DNA of 64,000 bases from NCBI GenBank assembly GCA_963692865.2, contig OY843592.1, positions 2,720,001 through 2,784,000 on the forward strand, read 5' to 3'. Positions 58,059 through 64,000 of this stretch are shown piece after piece. Position 1 is the stretch's first letter, and every line of letters starts with the position of its first letter. The notes beneath the pieces are model-generated. The model had not been told where the DNA came from. It ran no database searches and worked only from the letters and a program-made list of their open reading frames with translations. Both the position numbers and the translations under genes were made by a program. The stretch is from a bacterium. GTDB lineage: Bacteria > UBA8248.

Positions 58059-59006
58059 TCAGACGACCCCCGGATTCACGATGTTGACGGGCCTTTCGCC
58101 CGCCAGGGCCAGGCGCATGTTCTCCGCCGTGCGGTCCATGGCGGCGACCTGCGTCTCGGGCGTGCGGGAGGCGTGGTGCGGACTGATGATGACGTTCTTG
58201 AGCCCCCACAGGCCGTGATCCTCCGGCAAGGGCTCGGGGTCCGTCACGTCCAGCCCCGCGCCGCCCAGGTGGCCGCCTCGCATCACCTCCAGAAGATCGC
58301 CGCTCACCACGGCCGGACCTCTGGAAACATTGATGAGGATGGCGTCGGGCTTCATTTTCAGGAGGTTCGCCCTGTTCATGACGCCCCGCATCTCGGGGGC
58401 CAGCGGCATGCACAGGATCAGGAAGTCCGCGCGCGGCAGGAGGGCGTCGAAAGACATGAACTCGAGCTTCGCCTCGGGCACGTAGGAGGGGTCTTCCGTG
58501 CGCGTGTTGACGAGCAACTCCATGCCGAATCCGTGGCCGATGCGCGCCGCTCTCCGGCCGATGTCGCCCAGCCCCACGATGCCCAGCGATTTGCCGCCCA
58601 ACTGCACCGCGGGCATGTGCTCCCAGGTCTCCTGCTCATCCTTCATCCAGGCGTGGCGCGCGACGTAGAGCGCCATGAAGAAGGCGTGCTCCGCCACGGA
58701 GCGTCCCCGGACGCCCTCGACGTTGCACACCATGACGCCGCGCTCGTTCGCCGCGTCGACGTCGATGTTGTCCACGCCCGCGCCCGGCTTGGCCACCACC
58801 TTGAGGTTCGGGGCCATGTCCATCATCCCGGGCGCGACGGGCCGGAACACCGTCAGGATGCCCTCCGCGTCCGGCAGGAGGGGATCGATGGCCTCTGGCG
58901 TGTATTCGGCGGGCGCGACGACCTCGTGCTCCGCGCCCAGCCAGTCGGAAGCCACGTTCCACGCAGGCGTCGAATAAAGCGGATCGACAAGCACTACTTT
59001 CGCCAT
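58059..59006 (-). CDS. D-isomer-specific 2-hydroxyacid dehydrogenase
   Basis: GAGVDNID, GLGDIG, NVSRG, LDV..PEP and SPH. Confidence 0.9.
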   Translation of the reverse strand: MAKVVLVDPLYSTPAWNVASDWLGAEHEVVAPAEYTPEAIDPLLPDAEGILTVFRPVAPGMMDMAPNLKVVAKPGAGVDNIDVDAANERGVMVCNVEGVRGRSVAEHAFFMALYVARHAWMKDEQETWEHMPAVQLGGKSLGIVGLGDIGRRAARIGHGFGMELLVNTRTEDPSYVPEAKLEFMSFDALLPRADFLILCMPLAPEMRGVMNRANLLKMKPDAILINVSRGPAVVSGDLLEVMRGGHLGGAGLDVTDPEPLPEDHGLWGLKNVIISPHHASRTPETQVAAMDRTAENMRLALAGERPVNIVNPGVV

Positions 59007-59175
59007 GACGTAAATCCTCTTATGAACTTCTGAAAAATCGCCTGCGCGTCTGGCCCGAGGCAAGCGACGCGCCCCGGCCGAAGCCGTCTATCGGCATAAA
59101 GATAGTTCGCAGCACAGGAACGGACCGGCGCACCCGGACTTCTTGCAAGGCAGGCGTCCCCGATGATTCAAATTT

Positions 59176-60267
59176 TTACCCGATGATCTTGAGTTCGGGC
59201 ACCGATATGGGACCCGATGCGTTGGCGATAGCCACCTGCTCGGCCACCTTTCTGGCCGCCTCGCGGAACGCCCTGGCCGTCGGGTGATCGGGCTCCCCCG
59301 CCACGACGGGCACGCCGAAGTCTCCGCCCAGCCTCACCTTGACGTCGAGTGGAATGGCGCCCAGGAACGGGACTTCGTAGCGCTGTGAGGCCTTCTCCCC
59401 GCCGCCCGTGTCGAAGATGTTCTCGCGATGGCCGCATTCGGGGCACATGTAGTAGCTCATGTTTTCGATGATCCCGAGGATGGGCACGTCGGTTTTCCGG
59501 AACATCTGAAGGCCCTTGCGCGCATCGAGCAAGGCGATGTCCTGCGGCGTGCTGACGATGACGGCGCCCGCGAGGGACACCTGCTGCACGATGGTCAGTT
59601 GCGCGTCGCCCGTGCCGGGGGGCAGGTCCAGGACGAGATAGTCGAGCTCACCCCAGATCGTCTCGCTCAGAAACTGAACGAGCGCGCGCATGACCATGGG
59701 GCCGCGCCAGATGACGGGGCTGTCCTCGTCGACCAGAAAGCCCATCGACATGACCTTGAGGCCGTGCGCTTCGAGGGGCCGTATCTTGTTCCCGTCCTCG
59801 GCGATGGGCCGCGCCGCGGGGATGCCCAGCATCAAGGGCTGGCTCGGCCCGTATATGTCCGCGTCCAGAATCCCCACCCTGGCGCCTTCCCTGCCGAGCG
59901 CGAGCGCCATGTTCACCGCCACGGTCGACTTGCCCACGCCGCCCTTGCCGCTGGCCACGGCGATGATGTTCTTCACGCCCTCGACGTCCATCTTGCCCGC
60001 CATCGAGGGCCTCGCGGTGACGTGGCTCGTCACCCGGACGTTCACCGAGTTCACGCTCTCCAAAGAGCCGACCGCCAGCTTGCATTCCTGTTCGAACTCC
60101 TCCTTGCGCGGGTGCGCGGGCGTGGTCAACTGCAGGGTGAAGGCGACCGCATCCCCGCAAATCTGCACGTCCTTGATCATGTTGAGGCTCACGAGGTCTT
60201 TTCCGATCTCGGGGTCTCGCACCGCTCTCAGAGCCTCGATAACCTGGGCTTCGGTTGCTTCTGACAT
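59176..60267 (-). CDS. apbC: Mrp/NBP35 Fe-S cluster carrier ATPase
   Basis: N-terminal DUF59-like domain; SGKGGVGKST, DADIYGPS, WRGP, DLPPGTGD and ENMS..CPEC. Confidence 0.93.
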   Translation of the reverse strand: MSEATEAQVIEALRAVRDPEIGKDLVSLNMIKDVQICGDAVAFTLQLTTPAHPRKEEFEQECKLAVGSLESVNSVNVRVTSHVTARPSMAGKMDVEGVKNIIAVASGKGGVGKSTVAVNMALALGREGARVGILDADIYGPSQPLMLGIPAARPIAEDGNKIRPLEAHGLKVMSMGFLVDEDSPVIWRGPMVMRALVQFLSETIWGELDYLVLDLPPGTGDAQLTIVQQVSLAGAVIVSTPQDIALLDARKGLQMFRKTDVPILGIIENMSYYMCPECGHRENIFDTGGGEKASQRYEVPFLGAIPLDVKVRLGGDFGVPVVAGEPDHPTARAFREAARKVAEQVAIANASGPISVPELKIIG

Positions 60268-60455
60268 AAGGGGAATCCTCTAATCCAATACAGGAAACGC
60301 GCTGAAAAATCGTCCACCGGAAAGTTTCGCTCCCATGCCGGAGCGCATTCCTCTTATGGCGCGGATTTTTTCGCCTGTCAAACGCGCGAGGGCGAAACCC
60401 CTGTCGGGGCGCACGCGGATGCGCCGCATAAAAACAGGAAAAACGCCTTTCTCGG

Positions 60456-60484
60456 TTGACGCATCGGCTCCTTCTCATTATTTT
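60456..60484 (+). promoter_or_regulatory. Possible sigma70 promoter for etfBA
   Basis: TTGACG, 17 bp, TATTTT. Confidence 0.4.
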
Positions 60485-60576
60485 TAGGCCGTCTCGTTCA
60501 TCGATTCAGAACACACCCGAGCGATTCGTATGAACCCCGAAGGTTCGAACCAGTTAAAACAAGGAGAATCAACCCT

Positions 60577-61377
60577 TTGGATATCATCCTCTGCATCAAG
60601 CAAGTACAGGACCCCGACATCCCTCCCCGCGACTTCAAGGTGGACGAGGAGAAGATGGACGTCATCCCGCCCGCGAACGTATCGCCCGTCATCAACGGCT
60701 TTTGCGAAAACGCCGTCGAGGCGGCCATCAACTTGAAGGAAGCGCACGGCGGAAAAGTAACCGTAGTGACGATGGGCGACGAGAAAGCCAGGGACGGCCT
60801 CAAGAAATGCCTGGCCATGGGCTGCGATGAGGCCGTCCTGCTCCAGGATGAGGCCTTCGAGGGCTCAGACGCCTTCGCCACGGCGCGGATCCTCGCGGGC
60901 GCCGTTCAAAAGCTGGGCGCCTTCGACGTCATCCTCTGCGGCAGGCTGAGCAGCGACTGGAGTTACGGGACCACGGCGCTCGCCCTCGCCGAAGCGCTCG
61001 ATCTACCGAGCGTGAGCCAGCTCCAGAGCGTGGAGAAAACCGACTCGGGCCTGCGCTGCGAACGCGCCCTCGAGGACGGCGTGGAGGTCGTGGAAGTCTC
61101 CACGCCCTGCCTGCTCACCGCAAGCAACGAGATCAACACCCCCCGCCTGCCCTCGGTCAAAGGCATCCTGATGGCGTCGCGCAAGCAGATTCCCGTTTGG
61201 AGCGCGGCGGATATCGAGATAGACCCCGCCTCGGTCGGGAGCGCGGCGGCCACGTTTGAAGTCACCAAATTCTACAAACCCGTTTTCGACGGAAACTGCG
61301 AATTCATCGAAGGCGAATCGCTCGAAGAAGCGGCGGGCGCCCTGGCCCTGCGCCTTCGTGAAGATAAAATCATCTAA
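60577..61377 (+). CDS. etfB: Electron transfer flavoprotein beta subunit
   Basis: CIKQVQD, AVEAA, LAMGCD and INTPRLPS; TTG start after AGGAG. Confidence 0.93.
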   Translation: MDIILCIKQVQDPDIPPRDFKVDEEKMDVIPPANVSPVINGFCENAVEAAINLKEAHGGKVTVVTMGDEKARDGLKKCLAMGCDEAVLLQDEAFEGSDAFATARILAGAVQKLGAFDVILCGRLSSDWSYGTTALALAEALDLPSVSQLQSVEKTDSGLRCERALEDGVEVVEVSTPCLLTASNEINTPRLPSVKGILMASRKQIPVWSAADIEIDPASVGSAAATFEVTKFYKPVFDGNCEFIEGESLEEAAGALALRLREDKII

Positions 61378-61395
61378 GGGAGAAAGAACAACGCC

Positions 61396-62388
61396 ATGTC
61401 GAACAACGTCCTCATCCTCGCCGAGCGCGCAGGAGACAAACTCGCGCTCGTGAGCAGCGAACTCTGCAGCATCGGCCGAAAACTCGCCGACGAAAAAGGC
61501 GGCTCCCTCGCGGCGCTCCTGCTCGGCGGCGCGGGCACGAACGAGTTGGCGAAAGGACTCATCGCCCTGGGCGCCGACAAGGTGCTGGCGGCCGAATCCG
61601 GTATCCTGGCGGGCTACACCAATGCGGCGTACCTGAAAGTGATCGACGCCGCCCTGGGCGAGGAGAACCCGAATATATTCCTCGTCGCCAACACTTCCAT
61701 GGGGCGGGACGTGGCGCCCCGGCTCGCTTTCCGGCGCGGGGCCAGCTACGCGCACGACTGCACGGACCTGACGCTCGAAGACGGCAAGCTCGCCGCCGTC
61801 CGCCCGGTGCACGGGGGCAGCGCCATCAGCCACGTCCGCTCGAAAACGGACGCCCTCTCCATCGCGTCCACGCGCGCGAAGGCCCTGCCGCTGGCCGACA
61901 TACAGGAGGGCCGCGAGGGCGAGTTCATGGAGATCGGCGTTTCCGTGGACGCAGACGAGATTCGCATGAACTTCGTGGAGGCGAAAAAGGTGGAGGCCGA
62001 AGGCGTAAGGCTGGAAGACGCGGAAATCGTCGTGAGCGGCGGCCGCGGCCTGGGCGGGCCAGAGAATTTCGAATATCTCCAGGAACTCGCCAAGGTGCTT
62101 AAAGCCGCCGTGGGCGCGAGCCGCGCCGCCGTCGACGCGGGCTGGGTGCCGACGCCCATGCAGGTGGGCCAGACGGGCAAGATCGTGAGCCCCAACCTCT
62201 ACATCGCCGTCGGCATCTCGGGCGCGATGCAGCACATGGTCGGCGCGGGGCCGAGCAAGAACATCGTGGCCATCAACACCGACGCCGAAGCGCCCATCTT
62301 CCAGCGCGCGCGCTACGGCATCGTGGGCGACTACAAGAAAGTCATCCCCGCCCTCACGGAAAAATGCAGGGAATTGATGGACGCCTGA
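61396..62388 (+). CDS. etfA: Electron transfer flavoprotein alpha subunit
   Basis: [20 protein letters not shown] and GISGAMQH. Confidence 0.95.
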   Translation: MSNNVLILAERAGDKLALVSSELCSIGRKLADEKGGSLAALLLGGAGTNELAKGLIALGADKVLAAESGILAGYTNAAYLKVIDAALGEENPNIFLVANTSMGRDVAPRLAFRRGASYAHDCTDLTLEDGKLAAVRPVHGGSAISHVRSKTDALSIASTRAKALPLADIQEGREGEFMEIGVSVDADEIRMNFVEAKKVEAEGVRLEDAEIVVSGGRGLGGPENFEYLQELAKVLKAAVGASRAAVDAGWVPTPMQVGQTGKIVSPNLYIAVGISGAMQHMVGAGPSKNIVAINTDAEAPIFQRARYGIVGDYKKVIPALTEKCRELMDA

Positions 62389-62395
62389 TTTTCAG

Positions 62396-62842
62396 GGGGT
62401 TGTCGAAAAAGCCCGTCCTGAGAGCGATCGCGTTTGATGCAGTTCCTCCTTTCTCAGTCGGAACTGACCTCATCGGTCGCGTCAAATCCTCGTCTTGCAT
62501 GCCACTGTATCGACCTCATCCTGAGTAGGCGCGCAAGCGCTCCTCCATCAGTCGCGTCAAACACTCATTCATCAATCGCGTTTGACCCCGCAGGCGCGAA
62601 CTTCGCCCTTCGAAAGGCTCAGGACAGGCTCCTTCGAAACGCGGCTTCGCCGCTACTCAGGGTGAGGCGGTGCGTCGGGTTGCTCAGGGGGGAGGGAGAT
62701 ATTACGCGCCGGGGCAGCGAATGCGCCGCAGGTATCGCTCTTCCCGAGAAGGGAAGACCGACTCTTGAGAGATTTTTTTCAACACGCCCCCCTGGTAGTG
62801 GAGTGGCTTGGTACTTCACGCAAATTGTTTATCAACAACCCC
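62396..62842. mobile_element. Composite MITE-like element carrying CCTTCGA/CTCAGG-type REPs
   Basis: Left end GGGGTTGTCGAAAAAGCCC; right ends near 62790 and 62842 (TTTATCAACAACCCC); internal motifs shared with 45400-45540. Confidence 0.55.
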
Positions 62843-62943
62843 ATATGCGGTCCCTGCATTCGTATTGACAAGTCGACCATCGGAGGGTGTCGAAGGGGCT
62901 TCGAACAAGGACAGGCGCGACCTGTCCCAACTGAAAAAGCCCC

Positions 62944-63678
62944 TCAGGCGAGGGGCTGGTAGGCCCAGACGACGCGGCCCACGATTCTGTCGGCTGGTTC
63001 TTCTCCGTCCAGATCGATGTGGGTGACCGCCTCGTCGCGGTTCTCCGGCACCAGCCACAGGCGGGGCGGCGTCCACTGGAGCCGCTTGAGCGTGCAGCCG
63101 CCGGATTCGTCCCGAACGGCATAAATACCGTCGGGAACGATGGCCTTGTCTCGCCGGTCGATAACGACCACGGCGCCCGGCTGTATGAGGGGAACCATGC
63201 TGCGGCCCATCGCCCTGTCCACCCGGACCGAGACCAAATCCCCACGCCCGGCGATTTGAGAGACGTGGATGAGGGCGTATTCCTCGATGTTCTCGTCCAC
63301 GATCCTGGCGCTTCCCGCCGCGATGGAGCCCGACACCAGGGGCACGGCGCGGAAATCCGCATCGCTCACCCTGCCCGGCGCCTGCAAGTTCTCGCTCATG
63401 CTCAAAGAGACGTCCAGGGGACCGACGCCGGGGGTTTCCCGCGCGCCGCTTCTGCCGAGGAGCCAGTCGACGGACACGCCGAGCGCCCGTGCGATCTCGA
63501 AGAGCCTGCTCGCGCTCGGCTCGTTCCGGCCCTGCTCGTAGCGGGTGAGGTTCGCCCACGTGACGCCCGCCGCGCGGGCGAGCTGGTTGCGGTTCCAGCC
63601 CTTGCGCTCGCGCGCGCGCGCGATGCGAAGGCCCAGTTCGTGCGCGTACTCGGAACGGGGTTTGGGAGATTCGGGCAT
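62944..63678 (-). CDS. XRE-family HTH / S24 peptidase (LexA/CI-like) repressor
   Basis: HTH_3 (RIARARE..QLARAAGV..YEQG..PS); catalytic Ser in GRSM and Lys in TLKRL. Confidence 0.85.
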   Translation of the reverse strand: MPESPKPRSEYAHELGLRIARARERKGWNRNQLARAAGVTWANLTRYEQGRNEPSASRLFEIARALGVSVDWLLGRSGARETPGVGPLDVSLSMSENLQAPGRVSDADFRAVPLVSGSIAAGSARIVDENIEEYALIHVSQIAGRGDLVSVRVDRAMGRSMVPLIQPGAVVVIDRRDKAIVPDGIYAVRDESGGCTLKRLQWTPPRLWLVPENRDEAVTHIDLDGEEPADRIVGRVVWAYQPLA

Positions 63679-63811
63679 AGGCTTCGTGGAGGGCCTTGAA
63701 GTTCCCCTCCCGGGGCGGATGTCGTCGTAAGACGCCCAGCCTATCACACTTTGGCCATCAGAGCGAAAAAAGGGTCCCCGCCACCACGCGGCGAGGACCC
63801 CCGGGGTTGGA

Positions 63812-64000
63812 TTAGTCGTCCAGAACCGCCACGGCGCGGACGGGGCTGCCCGTTCCCTCGCGGAACTTGAGCGGAAGGGAGATGAACTGGAACTCGCCCT
63901 TGCCCAGCAGGGCTTCGAGGTTGCACAAGCTCTCCAGATGCGTGATTCCCCTCTCCCAGCAGGTTTTGTGCACAAGGGCGTTCACGTCGCCCTCGGGGCC
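63812..64000 (-). CDS. Cyclase (kynurenine formamidase-like) family protein, C-terminal fragment
   Basis: ...VHKTCWERGITHLESLCNL...LPLKFREGTGSPVRAVA*; truncated by window edge. Confidence 0.8.
   Translation of the reverse strand, partial: GPEGDVNALVHKTCWERGITHLESLCNLEALLGKGEFQFISLPLKFREGTGSPVRAVAVLDD

Noticed and set aside
56283-58087. ORFs of 197-448 aa across the tauE-EamA spacer
   Set aside because: They run through REP/MITE repeats or antisense to EamA; Arg/Pro/Gly-rich with no domain signature.
62944-64000. Prophage boundary
   Set aside because: Only a repressor-like gene is present; the neighbours are metabolic genes and there is no integrase or att site.

Overview
A GC-rich bacterial chromosomal segment with about 60 genes and no rRNA, tRNA or CRISPR array that I can see. 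From left to right: a triple-Rid protein facing a LIV-type ABC importer; a redox/catabolic block (OYE, SDRs, Zn-ADH, two Ldh_2-family dehydrogenases around a split UxaA/SuyAB-type dehydratase); a DUF3090/SCO1664 pair; a TetR-degP-copA-copZ operon; an HDAC-family gene; an octaheme cytochrome c, nfi, rel and a 4x[4Fe-4S] ferredoxin; a Rieske/split cytochrome b operon flanked by two toxin-antitoxin pairs; ddl; a split cyclopropane-synthase-like methyltransferase interrupted by a geranylgeranyl-reductase-family gene; an AT-rich island; then tauE, an EamA transporter, apbC, etfBA and an XRE/S24 repressor. The island encodes an SPPY DNA methyltransferase, a MORC-like GHKL ATPase fused to a histidine kinase, and a receiver protein with an unknown C-terminal domain, but no recognisable nuclease; it is the best candidate for a poorly described defence/signalling system. 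Intergenic spaces contain many REP-like palindromes packaged between shared IS-like inverted repeats. All calls come from reading motifs by eye; no database search or computation was run, and several start codons were re-chosen from RBS or overlap context.
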